A DNA stretch of 64,000 nucleotides from assembly GCA_019058295.1 (NCBI GenBank), contig JAHPZI010000001.1, positions 32,001-96,000 on the forward strand. The letters run 5' to 3'. Origin of the DNA: Promethearchaeota archaeon (lineage in GTDB: Archaea; Asgardarchaeota; Lokiarchaeia; Sigyniarchaeales; SOKP01). Numbering within the stretch: the stretch's first letter is position 1; every line of letters starts with the position of its first letter. A model generated the notes under the pieces. The model ran no database searches and was not told the origin of the DNA. It was given only the letters and a program-made list of their open reading frames with translations. The position numbers and the translations under genes were made by a program. This document shows, piece after piece, positions 29,855 to 40,399 of this stretch.

Positions 29855-30241
29855 ATGATTAAAATGGAAGAGTTTTTTCCAAAATTGAGTGATATATTCA
29901 ATGAAAAAATAGAAATCAGAGAAAATAAAGAACAATTATTAATTGAATTGAAAATAAATAAAGAAGATCTTATTCCTGGAGATTTAGGGAAACCTAATGA
30001 GGTAAAAGAAATGATAAGAAAGTTTGGTGGAGTTAAAGAAGATATATCGATGGACGTTGCCGTTGATGAAAAAGCCAATATCATTACTATAAAATTGCAA
30101 AATAATGAAGATTTTGAAACAATAAGTACTGCTATGAAAAATCTGTGGGAACGAGCATCCAATCTTTTAATAGAAGCCTTTAGTGTGGAACCAGGAACAG
30201 TTGGAAAATTTAAAGATCTTGGAGACTTTGATGAGAATTAA
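29855..30241 (+). CDS. Hypothetical protein
   Basis: 128-aa acidic ORF co-oriented with the upstream gene. Confidence 0.6.
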   Translation: MIKMEEFFPKLSDIFNEKIEIRENKEQLLIELKINKEDLIPGDLGKPNEVKEMIRKFGGVKEDISMDVAVDEKANIITIKLQNNEDFETISTAMKNLWERASNLLIEAFSVEPGTVGKFKDLGDFDEN

Positions 30242-30283
30242 TAAAGCACTAGTCAAGATTCCCGTTCGAAAGTAAATTAAATA

Positions 30284-31243
30284 TTAATTATTCAAAATCC
30301 ATTGATTAGTGCCAACTTCAACAATTTTTTCTTTTTTTACAAGTTCAGCAATATGACTCATAATCATATTATGTTCGAAAAAATAAATTATACTTCTACG
30401 GTTATCTTTAAAGGGTTTAATATAATTTTCACTAAAAAACAACCCTTTAAAAATCAAATCATCTAATCCTTTAGGGGTGTTCGTATCAAACATATTAAGT
30501 AGTTTATTTTCATATTCATTTATTTTTATTAGAAGCTTGTTAAAGATTTCGGGTTGTTTTTCGAAAATAGTAGGGCCGTGTCCGCTTGCGATGATATAAT
30601 CATCATTTAGATAAATATTCTCGATCTTTTTAATGGATTCTCTTACAGTTTTTATATCACTATATTTAAAGCCATACCAAGCACCCATTTTTGTTAGGCC
30701 AATATCAGCAACGAATAAGATTTTTCTTTTTTTTTCACGTTTATCCTCTATGGAGAACGCTGTGTGACCGGGGGAATGTCCTGGAGTATGTATTGTTTTC
30801 AGATGTATACTATCAAATTCATATTCCGTTCCAGGGTTAAACCCTATTACAGAGTTTAATTCTTTAAAATTTAATTCTTTAAAGGCAAACTTCTTAAAAT
30901 CCTCTCCAATTCCATAATCGAATGTCCCATTATCCCTAACAAAGTTATTAAAATCTAATAAATACTTATCTTCTGGAATTGGACAATAAAACTTAATGTT
31001 AGGATTATTTTCTTCATAAAAATGCAAATTATAAACATGATCTAGATGTACATGAGAGACAAAATATGCTTCTATTGGATCTTTTAGTAATTTTTTAATT
31101 TCCTTTTCATAAAAGCAATTGCAATCAATTAATATGCTTCCCAAATTCTTATTTTTAATTAAAATGCCTTGACATTTAAACCAAAATGGAGTATTTGAAT
31201 ACACAAGAAATATATCATCGACTAGTTTTTCATAAATCAACAT
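30284..31243 (-). CDS. MBL-fold metallo-hydrolase
   Basis: SHVHLDH, HTPGHSPGH, SGHG. Confidence 0.85.
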   Translation of the reverse strand: MLIYEKLVDDIFLVYSNTPFWFKCQGILIKNKNLGSILIDCNCFYEKEIKKLLKDPIEAYFVSHVHLDHVYNLHFYEENNPNIKFYCPIPEDKYLLDFNNFVRDNGTFDYGIGEDFKKFAFKELNFKELNSVIGFNPGTEYEFDSIHLKTIHTPGHSPGHTAFSIEDKREKKRKILFVADIGLTKMGAWYGFKYSDIKTVRESIKKIENIYLNDDYIIASGHGPTIFEKQPEIFNKLLIKINEYENKLLNMFDTNTPKGLDDLIFKGLFFSENYIKPFKDNRRSIIYFFEHNMIMSHIAELVKKEKIVEVGTNQWILNN

Positions 31244-31571
31244 ATAATAAAAGAAAGGGTTAAATCCAAATTAAATTAATTATTATGCTCAAAAAATTTA
31301 TTGAATTCTTCTTAAATATTATATTCTTGAACAAATTATATCAAGCTATAAATCTCATTAGAAATAATTATGAATTAATTCCGTAAAATTAATAAAAAAT
31401 CGATAGTAAATGCTTTAATAAAAGAATGAAAAGGGGGAAAAAAAGGAGAAATAACCAAATATATAAATATCTTTATATCTTAAGAGTAAAATGTAGATAT
31501 AAACAATTAATTACTATTAAAAAACCAATTAAAAAACATTAGTATATTTGGTTTTGAGGGATTGTGATAGA

Positions 31572-31859
31572 ATGGCTTTATATTGTTATTATTGTGGTTC
31601 AGAGATCACCTGGAAAAGAAGGAGAATTGTCCATGTTAATATTTGCCAAAAAACACCTATTACTCACTTCTGTAACCAAGATTGCAAATTAAATTGGATT
31701 TTTAATAGACCCAATATAAAGCCTGATAAAAATAGCACTGGTAATTGGGTTAACCAAAAAGTTGAATCTATTTTTGATATGGAAGGAATAGAGGATGAAT
31801 CAGACGAAGTAGTGAAGTATCTAAAAGATAATAATTTAAGAATCCTTAGGGAAGCTTGA
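31572..31859 (+). CDS. TRASH/MYM-type Zn-finger protein
   Basis: CYYCG...FCNQDC; ATG at 31572 preferred over TTG at 31548. Confidence 0.6.
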   Translation: MALYCYYCGSEITWKRRRIVHVNICQKTPITHFCNQDCKLNWIFNRPNIKPDKNSTGNWVNQKVESIFDMEGIEDESDEVVKYLKDNNLRILREA

Positions 31860-31872
31860 ATAATAGAATTAA

Positions 31873-32766
31873 TTATGGATTATTTTTCATAAACTCTATG
31901 ATAACCTTCGCCAGCTCAGGACCTTTATCCTCCTGTACAAAATGGGAGGCGTCTTTAATCGTTGGGTGTTTTAGTCCTTGAGTACCTGGAACAAGTTTTT
32001 GCCAAAGTATATACCCCCCTGCAGTGATCGGATCTTTATCTGAAAACGCTGTTAAAAACGGTTTTTCCCATTTTTTAAATTGTTCCCATGCGCTTGTATT
32101 TGCTTCGAACTCTGGATCATCCTTACTAATTGGGACTAAAGATGGCATGATTCGTGCGCCTGCTTTGTAAGTATCATCAGGAAATGGAGCATCGTATCCT
32201 TTTAAAATATCCTTTGATAATTTGGTGAATGTCCCCCCTTGGATGATACGTTTAATGTCAAGTTTAGTAACCACCCTAGAAAATTCCCGCCATCGAAGAA
32301 ATGGCTTAGGCATGCTTTGCGCACCTGTGGGTAATCCTCCATTTGATAATACAATTCTATTAAATCGTTCCTGATTTTCAATAGCAACTCTTAATCCTAT
32401 TAAAGATCCCCAATCTTGACAAAATAACGTAATATTTTGAAGATCAAGAGATTTTACTAATTTTGTCATCCATTCTACATGTTTGCGGTAAGTATGGTCG
32501 CTTTGTTCACTAGGTTTATCAGAACGACCGAATCCTACCAAATCTGGTGCCACGGTTCTATAGCCAGCTTTCACGAAAATAGGTATCATATGTCTGTATA
32601 AGAAGGACCACGAAGGCTCACCATGCATTAGTAAAACAACTTCGGCGTCTTTCGGTCCTTCATCCACATAGTGAATTCGGATATCATCCACTTCTAAATA
32701 GCGGGGTTCATAGGGAAAATCGGGGAGATTTTCAAACCTTTCGTCGGGTGTTCGTAATAATTTCAT
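31873..32766 (-). CDS. Haloalkane dehalogenase (HLD-I, DhmA/DhlA-like)
   Basis: LRTPDERFENLP, HGEPSWS, QDWG nucleophile elbow, HFVQED. Confidence 0.9.
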   Translation of the reverse strand: MKLLRTPDERFENLPDFPYEPRYLEVDDIRIHYVDEGPKDAEVVLLMHGEPSWSFLYRHMIPIFVKAGYRTVAPDLVGFGRSDKPSEQSDHTYRKHVEWMTKLVKSLDLQNITLFCQDWGSLIGLRVAIENQERFNRIVLSNGGLPTGAQSMPKPFLRWREFSRVVTKLDIKRIIQGGTFTKLSKDILKGYDAPFPDDTYKAGARIMPSLVPISKDDPEFEANTSAWEQFKKWEKPFLTAFSDKDPITAGGYILWQKLVPGTQGLKHPTIKDASHFVQEDKGPELAKVIIEFMKNNP

Positions 32767-32954
32767 TTTTTTTCTTCTCTATTTGATTATTAACTTTTTC
32801 TTTATATGTTAAGTTATTAAAATACTATATTATCATATAAATCCAATAGGTATTTATCTAACTTTGTTTTGGGGAGTTAATGCTTCGATTGCTACCCATC
32901 TCAAAATAATAAATAATTAAAAAGAAAAAAATTTGATTTAATTTTAATTTTATT

Positions 32955-35045
32955 TTACCGTTTGATTTTTAACCGTCTTTTAATCAATATAGCGGAAATC
33001 ACAGAAACTGCACCGATTGCAGATATCGCAGAGATAAGACCTACAACTAATAGTAAATTTTCTTCAGGTTTTCCATCATCATCATCGTCATCACCAATAC
33101 CCGGTTGAGGTGAGGGCTGAGGTTGAGGCTTAGTTTTATCCACAGTTTCAGGATCTACTGTGATAAAAATTTCGAAATCTTTTTGGTCAAAACCAAGTGC
33201 AGTGATGTTCCCCATTAATATTATATGATCTTCGCCAGGTTCGACAGTTATAGGGATTAAAGATATACTATAATTTCCATCTCCAATGGGAACAATGTCT
33301 CCCGAAACATCAGTTCCGTTCCAATTAAGCGACCAAACTGCACCCTCAATTCCTTGAGTAGGGTCACTCGCATCAAACACGTAAAATGTCATATTAAAAT
33401 AATTATCCGAATAAAATTGGTCTACAATATCCATACATAATTTGGAAACTTCTGCTTCTACTGCTAGTTCCATTTCGAAATATTTATCTCCATAATATTT
33501 TGCGGTGACTGTCATATTAAATAAGATTGGATCTTCGCCAGGGGCAACAAGTTCCGGTGTTAGCGATACCTTATATAAACCAATTCCAAGTTTCTCGATG
33601 TCATTTGAAGGTACATCCTCTCCGTTCCACCACATTTGCATAGAGTCGATGTTAAAATCAATATCCCAATCATAAAAAATATCAAACCCACTACTAATCT
33701 TGATATAAATAACAAATTCTGTTGTCGAAAACGATTGGTTAACAACTTCTACACAAATGCTAGGTGCTGAAGTCAGTTTAAGGTTAAGATCAAAAGTATT
33801 AAGAGTTCCATCGTCATTCATAAAATCTCCACCCCTTACTATTATATTTCTTTCAACTATATTATTGTCAGCGGAAAAAACTAGTTCTATTCCATACCAA
33901 TCATTAAAATATAAATAATTTCCCGTAATTTCATTGTCATCATGACCTATCACTATCCCATCTTGAAGATTATTGTTAATGATGTTTCCCAAAATTTTAT
34001 TATTATCTCCTCCAATTACCATCCCAAAATTTTGGTCATTTGTATTGGTATTACTTGCGGTGTTTCCCGAAATTATGTTGTTGTCGCAAGTGCTTACCGT
34101 TTCTATCCCGTTTTCCCCATTATCGTTTGCAGAATTTTCTGAAATTGTGTTGTTGTCGCAATAATCATCTAAAAATATCCCATCTAAAAGATTATTATTA
34201 GCTGTGTTCCCCGAAATTGTGTTGTTGTCGCAATAATAGAGATAGATTCCGTATTGAACATTATAGTTTGCGGTGTTTCCCGAAATTGTGTTGTTGTCGC
34301 AATAATCATATAATACGATTCCATATCGCTTGTTATTATTTACGGTATTATTAGCAATTGTGTTGTTATCACATCCACTCTCTATTTGAATTCCATCATT
34401 GCCTACAGCAGCATCAGAATAGCTAAAATTATTTTTTGTAATGATATTAAAATCACAATCATCTTGTAATCTTAATCCAGAATCCAAATTACCCGTTCCA
34501 TTATTTTTTGTTATGGTATTATTACGGCATCCAACGCTCAAACAAATTCCATTATTGATGTTGTTTGAGACATTATTCCCAATAATCGTACCATTACATG
34601 TATTTTCCAGTTTAATACCCCCATCATAACCACTATAACCACCACCCCTACCCGCATTGTACACCGTACAATTTCTAATCTTAAATAAGATATTTTTAGA
34701 ATTATTTATAAAAATTCCTGAATCCCGTCCCGTTGCGTCAACGGTTACATTCTCGATTATATAATATCCATCTTCAAAATAACACCAATCATAAGTACTA
34801 TTTGTTAGCGACCAGTTATTAGGGATGCTCCCGTCAATATGAATAAAGGTTTCCGTCCAAGAACCCGAGTTTTTCGGTCTTTTTTCACTAATCTCGTCTC
34901 TAATTTCCACCTTATTGTCAATATTCTCTTGGTAATTGCTTAAATTATGAGTACTAAGCGTCAAATTAATAGTGCTAATAGTTGATATGGCAAAAATTAT
35001 TCCTAAAACTAATAGAGTTTTCATTGCTTTTTGTTTAGATTTCAT
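32955..35045 (-). CDS. Cell-surface right-handed beta-helix (NosD/CASH) protein with C-terminal TM anchor
   Basis: Signal peptide, repeated CDNNTISGNTAN, PQ-rich and poly-D linker, TM and basic tail; AGGTGA RBS before ATG 35045. Confidence 0.85.
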   Translation of the reverse strand: MKSKQKAMKTLLVLGIIFAISTISTINLTLSTHNLSNYQENIDNKVEIRDEISEKRPKNSGSWTETFIHIDGSIPNNWSLTNSTYDWCYFEDGYYIIENVTVDATGRDSGIFINNSKNILFKIRNCTVYNAGRGGGYSGYDGGIKLENTCNGTIIGNNVSNNINNGICLSVGCRNNTITKNNGTGNLDSGLRLQDDCDFNIITKNNFSYSDAAVGNDGIQIESGCDNNTIANNTVNNNKRYGIVLYDYCDNNTISGNTANYNVQYGIYLYYCDNNTISGNTANNNLLDGIFLDDYCDNNTISENSANDNGENGIETVSTCDNNIISGNTASNTNTNDQNFGMVIGGDNNKILGNIINNNLQDGIVIGHDDNEITGNYLYFNDWYGIELVFSADNNIVERNIIVRGGDFMNDDGTLNTFDLNLKLTSAPSICVEVVNQSFSTTEFVIYIKISSGFDIFYDWDIDFNIDSMQMWWNGEDVPSNDIEKLGIGLYKVSLTPELVAPGEDPILFNMTVTAKYYGDKYFEMELAVEAEVSKLCMDIVDQFYSDNYFNMTFYVFDASDPTQGIEGAVWSLNWNGTDVSGDIVPIGDGNYSISLIPITVEPGEDHIILMGNITALGFDQKDFEIFITVDPETVDKTKPQPQPSPQPGIGDDDDDDGKPEENLLLVVGLISAISAIGAVSVISAILIKRRLKIKR
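34056..34370 (-). repeat. Intragenic tandem beta-helix repeats
   Basis: aaattgtgttgttgtcgcaataa recurs at ~70-nt spacing. Confidence 0.7.
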
Positions 35046-35176
35046 TTTTAATTTCACCTATAAATTTTATAGATTAAATATAAATTGACAAAGATGTATT
35101 TAATATTTTTGTAATAGGTGATTTAGAATTAAAATCAAGAAATTATATAAAAAAAGAGAGGTATAAAAAAAGAGAT

Positions 35177-36280
35177 TTAGAGCGTTTTTAATCTTGGAGG
35201 TGGTACAAAGACATTTCTAGGGTCAGTTCTTTCTAATGTTATTGCCTCTTCAGGGCAATGATAAGCACAAACGCCACATCCTATGCACCTATCCACGTCC
35301 ACCTCTGCTTTATCATCATCATTTAATTCAATTGCTTCTGCATTACATTTTTCCACACATGTACCGCATCCAACGCAATCTTCTTCACTAATTTTTGCTA
35401 AATGAGTCGACCTGCTCATTAAAGGAATACCTCCGGCATAGTGATTATCGAAGGTACCACAACAACACTTACAACATTGGCACATGCCTTCGATTTCTCT
35501 CATAGGATCTAATGCATTATGAAAAGCTTTATGGACTAATCCCGCTTCTTCACTCTCTTTCATAATTTTTAAAGCATCTTCTTTAGATATTTCTTCTGCA
35601 AAATTTTCTCTTATGAGATATTCAGCACCCTTACCAAAACCAAAGCAATTTTTACGTAGATCAGTAGTTTTGCACGGGTCATCAATCAGATCCTTACGAT
35701 GTCGGCAATAACAAGTCATTAAAGCAATTTTTTCCGTTTCTTCTAAAATCTTTGAAACTTCCTCTGTGGGGATAATTTTCTCTTGTTTAATATCAATCTC
35801 TTCCTCGACAGGTACAACTCTATCAATTGTTACACCAGCATCTTTAAGAGTTTTCATCATAAAATCATAATTCTCTTGAGTTCCTTTTACCATCTCACCG
35901 AAGAATTTTTGCCATAAGCTTGCGATTTTTTTAGTAGTGTCATTTGTTTCTCCACGCATAAGAGTAAATTCTAACATCCCCGGGAAAAATGGCGGGATAC
36001 GATAAACCATAACACCCGTGCTTCTACTGGGGATTGCAGTGAGTCCTCCGCTGTGATTAAGATCTTTAATTATATTGTTTAAGGTCTCATCATCCAAATC
36101 TGTTATTTCTTTGATTTGATCGATGTTATAAGATGGTTTTTTTAATAAAAGAAGAAATTTAGCTTGTTCTTCAGTGATAACCATTTTTAAAATTTCAATA
36201 ACAGTGTCATTTACCGGCATCGGAAAAGTACCAGCTTTTATAAATCTTCTCGCAACTTTATACCATAATTTTTCTGACAT
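35177..36280 (-). CDS. 4Fe-4S dicluster domain protein
   Basis: CYCR, CQCCKCCC, two CxxCxxCxxxC motifs. Confidence 0.85.
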   Translation of the reverse strand: MSEKLWYKVARRFIKAGTFPMPVNDTVIEILKMVITEEQAKFLLLLKKPSYNIDQIKEITDLDDETLNNIIKDLNHSGGLTAIPSRSTGVMVYRIPPFFPGMLEFTLMRGETNDTTKKIASLWQKFFGEMVKGTQENYDFMMKTLKDAGVTIDRVVPVEEEIDIKQEKIIPTEEVSKILEETEKIALMTCYCRHRKDLIDDPCKTTDLRKNCFGFGKGAEYLIRENFAEEISKEDALKIMKESEEAGLVHKAFHNALDPMREIEGMCQCCKCCCGTFDNHYAGGIPLMSRSTHLAKISEEDCVGCGTCVEKCNAEAIELNDDDKAEVDVDRCIGCGVCAYHCPEEAITLERTDPRNVFVPPPRLKTL

Positions 36281-36335
36281 TTTTTTCTTATTCCTGATTT
36301 TTTTTTATTAAACTATATTAAAGCTATTTTATGTT

Positions 36336-36827
36336 TCAAAATAATTTAGGAATCCATTTTGGTACTTTTTTCTTGTATTCTAGAAACTCATTGCCAAACA
36401 TTTTTTCAAGCTTTTTTTCCTCGTAATTAACCATCCTATTATAAACAAAGAAAATGATTATGAAGAAAACAATGCTAATTATAGAAATTGATAATAAGAG
36501 AACTGCAACGTAAATTAAAAGAATACTAAGATATAATGGATTTCTAACACGACCCATTATTCCACTAGTTATAAGAGTATCTGAAGGTTCATTATGATCA
36601 AATAAAGTTTTGTGTGATAAATACATTATTATTAATGCTAAACCCAATACAGTTATGAATAAGATTATTCTGAGTATTAGTGGAACAAAATTATTTAAGC
36701 AAACTGAAATCAGAAAAATCCAAGAATCTAAGACCCAAATTACAATAAAAATAATTGGTAATGATATTTGTAATAAATGCGAGTGCGGGATTTCTCGACT
36801 ATCGTGATTATTATGTTTATCATTCAT
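36336..36827 (-). CDS. Isoprenylcysteine carboxyl-/phospholipid methyltransferase family
   Basis: LITSG....RNPLY, EEKKL...FG.E...YKKKVPKWIP. Confidence 0.85.
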   Translation of the reverse strand: MNDKHNNHDSREIPHSHLLQISLPIIFIVIWVLDSWIFLISVCLNNFVPLILRIILFITVLGLALIIMYLSHKTLFDHNEPSDTLITSGIMGRVRNPLYLSILLIYVAVLLLSISIISIVFFIIIFFVYNRMVNYEEKKLEKMFGNEFLEYKKKVPKWIPKLF

Positions 36828-36979
36828 TTTTTATGGATCATCCTTTTTTATTTAAAATATTTACATATAGTACTGTGTGAATGAATATTAGATCTTATAA
36901 AAATAATGATTTCTATCTAATTCTTATACATTCAAATATTATATCTATTAATTATTCATGAAAATTAGTAAAAGAAAAG

Positions 36980-37138
36980 ATGAATGATAGAAAAAACCAC
37001 GCTGACAATTGCGGTTGCGAACATCATTCGCATGAGGATCATGCCTCCCATCACATAGATGGTAAATGTCCTAGCGACTTATTTGTTGATAATCTAATAG
37101 AAATATTAAAAAAGGATTTTGAAAAAGATTCTGAATAA
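36980..37138 (+). CDS. Small His/Cys-rich putative metal-binding protein (52 aa)
   Basis: Hand translation MNDRKNHADNCGCEHHSHEDHASHHIDGKCPSDLFVDNLIEILKKDFEKDSE; below the ORF-track cut-off. Confidence 0.6.
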   Translation: MNDRKNHADNCGCEHHSHEDHASHHIDGKCPSDLFVDNLIEILKKDFEKDSE

Positions 37139-37323
37139 AAATAATAACTTTAAACGACTTCTATTTAAATTAGAAACAATATTTTTTTACAATAATTTTC
37201 CTATTTATTAATCATTGGAAACATACAAATATATAATTAGCATTAATTTATTTTTTATTAGTAAAATAAAGGCTAACTATTGATAATATTTTAGAGAGCT
37301 TCTTTTTTTTAGGTTACAGACCT

Positions 37324-38484
37324 ATGTCTGAAAATATACCCAAAGAAATCATTGGAATCGCTAAAGCGTCAGAATGGATTCATATAAAACAATTTATAAA
37401 AGCTCTCTTAGAATTGACGCTTGATACCAAAGAAGAATATTCCTTTCTTGCCCTCAATGCCTCAATTAATAATAAAAAGCATGAAGAATATGATGCTCAA
37501 ATTAAAAATAAAGATCAAATTGAATTACTAACATCTATTACTGATTTTGAAAAAATTTCATTATATCAATATTCTGAGTATAAAAGAAATATCATTAACC
37601 TCTCCAAAGATAAGCAAGTAATAGTTCTTACTGCTCAATATATGGGACCTGAGATTGATCACACTAACTATTTCGATTTTACCATCTATTTAGATAGTTT
37701 TGATCTTCCCTATTTCAGCGATAATAAAGGAAATATCTTTGATTGCCACGAGTTAATGGAAATCATTAGTAAATTCAAACCTGGTGCGAGAAAAAAAGTA
37801 ATAAAACGAGAGAAGCCTAAAAAACCAGTAACCTCCAAATCTGAAATTGATACCTATGAGAGATTAACTGAGAAAAATGCTATATGGAGCGATCATGAAA
37901 CGAAATCTTTTCAAAAGTGGAAAATGAGAATCCAAAAAAGATTTAGGGAGGAAACAGGGGGAGTTCCTTATTTTAAAGGAAAAATTACTCAAAAATATAA
38001 ACTATACTTAAATAATCTCGTTAAAAAACCAAAAGGAAAAAAGCCAGTAAAAAAGAAATCCGTTACTAAAGAAAGAACGGTAAAAAAACCAGCTGTGATG
38101 AAAAAAGTAAAAAAACGAGAGAAGCCTAAAAAAACAGTAACCTTCAAACCTGAAATTGATACCTATGAGAGATTAACTGAGAAAAATGCTATATGGAGCG
38201 ATCATGAAACGAATGCTTTTCAAAAGTGGAAAATGAGAATCCAAAAAAGATTTAGGGAGGAAACTGGGGGGCTTACTTCTTATAAAGGAAAAATTACTCA
38301 AAAATATAAACTATACTTAAATAGTCTTGTTAAAAAACCTAAAGCTGAAAAATCAACAATAAAAAAGCCTGCTAAAAAGAAACCAGTAGCAAAAAAGAAA
38401 CCTGTTGCTAAAAAAATAACGGTAAAAAAGCCTGCTAAAAAGAAACCCGTTGCTAAAAAGAAACCAGTAGCTAAAAAGAAATGA
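37324..38484 (+). CDS. Lys-rich protein with duplicated ~80-aa module and H1-like KKPA/KKPV tail
   Basis: Internal duplication plus C-terminal KKPAKKKPVAKKK repeats. Confidence 0.75.
   Translation: MSENIPKEIIGIAKASEWIHIKQFIKALLELTLDTKEEYSFLALNASINNKKHEEYDAQIKNKDQIELLTSITDFEKISLYQYSEYKRNIINLSKDKQVIVLTAQYMGPEIDHTNYFDFTIYLDSFDLPYFSDNKGNIFDCHELMEIISKFKPGARKKVIKREKPKKPVTSKSEIDTYERLTEKNAIWSDHETKSFQKWKMRIQKRFREETGGVPYFKGKITQKYKLYLNNLVKKPKGKKPVKKKSVTKERTVKKPAVMKKVKKREKPKKTVTFKPEIDTYERLTEKNAIWSDHETNAFQKWKMRIQKRFREETGGLTSYKGKITQKYKLYLNSLVKKPKAEKSTIKKPAKKKPVAKKKPVAKKITVKKPAKKKPVAKKKPVAKKK
37792..38343 (+). repeat. Intragenic direct repeat (~243 nt, offset 309)
   Basis: 37792-38034 and 38101-38343 are near-identical. 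Confidence 0.9.
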
Positions 38485-38497
38485 GTTAAATTAGAAA

Positions 38498-40399
38498 TTA
38501 TAGATATTTTTCTAACCCAAGTTCTTTTACTTTATCTTGAGTAGGTAGACCATTCTCTTTATCCCAACCTCGTTCGTCATAATAATCGTCGAGTAGTTGG
38601 TTTGCGATGTCATGAGTAATCTTAGTTTCACCAAAAAAATCTATAAACTCTAGCTCATTAACCCCAAATTTTAATGGTTTGAACCATCCTTTAGGAAACT
38701 TGTCGTCTTTTCGTGAAAATCCTTCCTTCATATTCATTATTTTCATTAAATTCCACGTACGTTCAGCAGCCATTCTCAAATCCTCCGAACTCCTCTCGAA
38801 CCCCGTTACAGCGTTATAGAATTCTGATGCAGATTCCAGCCCCCAAAAGCGATTCATTTGAGCTCTCGCACACAGCCCTAAAGATGTTAACACAGTATAC
38901 CAATCTTCAGAATAGCGCGTTAATCTGCCCACATTTACAATCATTTCAGGAAAAGGCGGAGAAAAAAGCCTTTTTATAGCAGATTCAGGGATGCCCATTC
39001 GCTTGAAATGAGCTATAAATTTATCCTTGGAAGAACCAGCACCAACATAAGTGGGAGACCCTCCAGAAGCTACATGAGCACCTTTAGGGTTTACAACCTG
39101 TTCAAATTCCATTGTGCCAAGATGTAAAAATCGAGGCTCGAAAATTACATCTAGACCTTTAACAACCAGCATTTCCTCACCAATATCATCGTAAGTTTCA
39201 GCTAATTTATTCCATCCATCCGCCAAGATGTCTCCAAATCCTTTTCTATGTGTAATCATTTCAATTAATTGAATAAATGTATTGTAATCCGCACTCCACT
39301 CTATTTTCGTGTTTTCCTTAGTAAAAATTCCTTCCTTATACAATTTATTACAAAATTCTAAAAGTGAAACCATGGTTAACGAATCCAAACCATATCTATT
39401 TATCAAATCAAACGTTTTAATTGCTTCAGTATAAGATTTTAATCCTTCGAACATAAACATCAAAAATGGATTAATAACCGAAGAAGTATAATTAATTAGC
39501 CCTGCAAAGTCGCCCTCTTTAAGTTCAAGAATATCTTTATCACCCATTGGACATGAAGGACATGCGATACGTCGCTTTTTTAATTTTTTAAGATAGAATC
39601 TATCTGTACATTGTCGAGCCTTTTTGTTTTGCCCAGACGCTTTTAACATCATTCCGACAGGCAGACTTCTTAACATTCCTAGCTCGTGCCAAGATTCTCG
39701 ATGAGGATAGGTTCGGATGCGCTCAAAAAGATTTTTATATAGTTTGTTGAATTCTTTGGGTTGTGCGATAGAAATGCCTTTAGATCCTTTTGCTACGATT
39801 GCTTTTAGGTTTTTGGATCCCATAATCGCAGCCAACCCTCCACGACCGAAAGTAGAAGTTCTATCGATTAAAGTCAATGAGGAAAAAACTAAATTTTCGC
39901 CCGCTTGACCGATTGCGATAGTGCCGCAGGATTCATATTTTTTTATAAGAGCATCGTGCGTTTCTACGATATCATTACCCCACAATTGTCTGGCATCGCA
40001 AATTTCGACATGGTCGTCCCAAATTAGTAAATATACAGGTTTATCCGACTTTCCAGAGATTATAACATGGTCAAATCCAGCGTGTTTCAATTGAAAACCA
40101 AAGCTCATACTTCCGCAGGAATTAGCAATTGCGCCGGTTGCGGGAAATCTCGAGATAGCAACAGTCCGCGAGGCACCTGGCGTAGCAGTCCCGACTAAAG
40201 GTCCAGTGCCAATAATAATTAGGTTTTCAGCAGATAAAGGGTCGATATTAGGCTTAAACCGTTCAGCAAAAAGTTTGCAATTTATTCCTATTCCACCTAT
40301 AAATTGTTTTAGGTCCTCTAGATTTTCTTTAGTAAGCGAAATTTTGTTGTCCGTTAAATTTACATTAAGAATATTGCCTGTGTAGCCGTGCCATTCCAT
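38498..40399 (-). CDS. aor: Aldehyde:ferredoxin oxidoreductase family (W/Mo-pterin)
   Basis: MEWHGYTGNILNVNLT, GRGGLAAIMGSKNLKAI, CPSCPMG, YYDERGWD; start at ATG 40399 overlapping the upstream stop (TAATG). Confidence 0.9.
   Translation of the reverse strand: MEWHGYTGNILNVNLTDNKISLTKENLEDLKQFIGGIGINCKLFAERFKPNIDPLSAENLIIIGTGPLVGTATPGASRTVAISRFPATGAIANSCGSMSFGFQLKHAGFDHVIISGKSDKPVYLLIWDDHVEICDARQLWGNDIVETHDALIKKYESCGTIAIGQAGENLVFSSLTLIDRTSTFGRGGLAAIMGSKNLKAIVAKGSKGISIAQPKEFNKLYKNLFERIRTYPHRESWHELGMLRSLPVGMMLKASGQNKKARQCTDRFYLKKLKKRRIACPSCPMGDKDILELKEGDFAGLINYTSSVINPFLMFMFEGLKSYTEAIKTFDLINRYGLDSLTMVSLLEFCNKLYKEGIFTKENTKIEWSADYNTFIQLIEMITHRKGFGDILADGWNKLAETYDDIGEEMLVVKGLDVIFEPRFLHLGTMEFEQVVNPKGAHVASGGSPTYVGAGSSKDKFIAHFKRMGIPESAIKRLFSPPFPEMIVNVGRLTRYSEDWYTVLTSLGLCARAQMNRFWGLESASEFYNAVTGFERSSEDLRMAAERTWNLMKIMNMKEGFSRKDDKFPKGWFKPLKFGVNELEFIDFFGETKITHDIANQLLDDYYDERGWDKENGLPTQDKVKELGLEKYL

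Noticed and set aside
29842-30162. 106-aa minus-strand ORF
   Set aside because: Shadow of the plus-strand 29855-30241 gene.
34056-34370. CRISPR-like regularly spaced repeat
   Set aside because: Lies within a CDS and encodes beta-helix turns.
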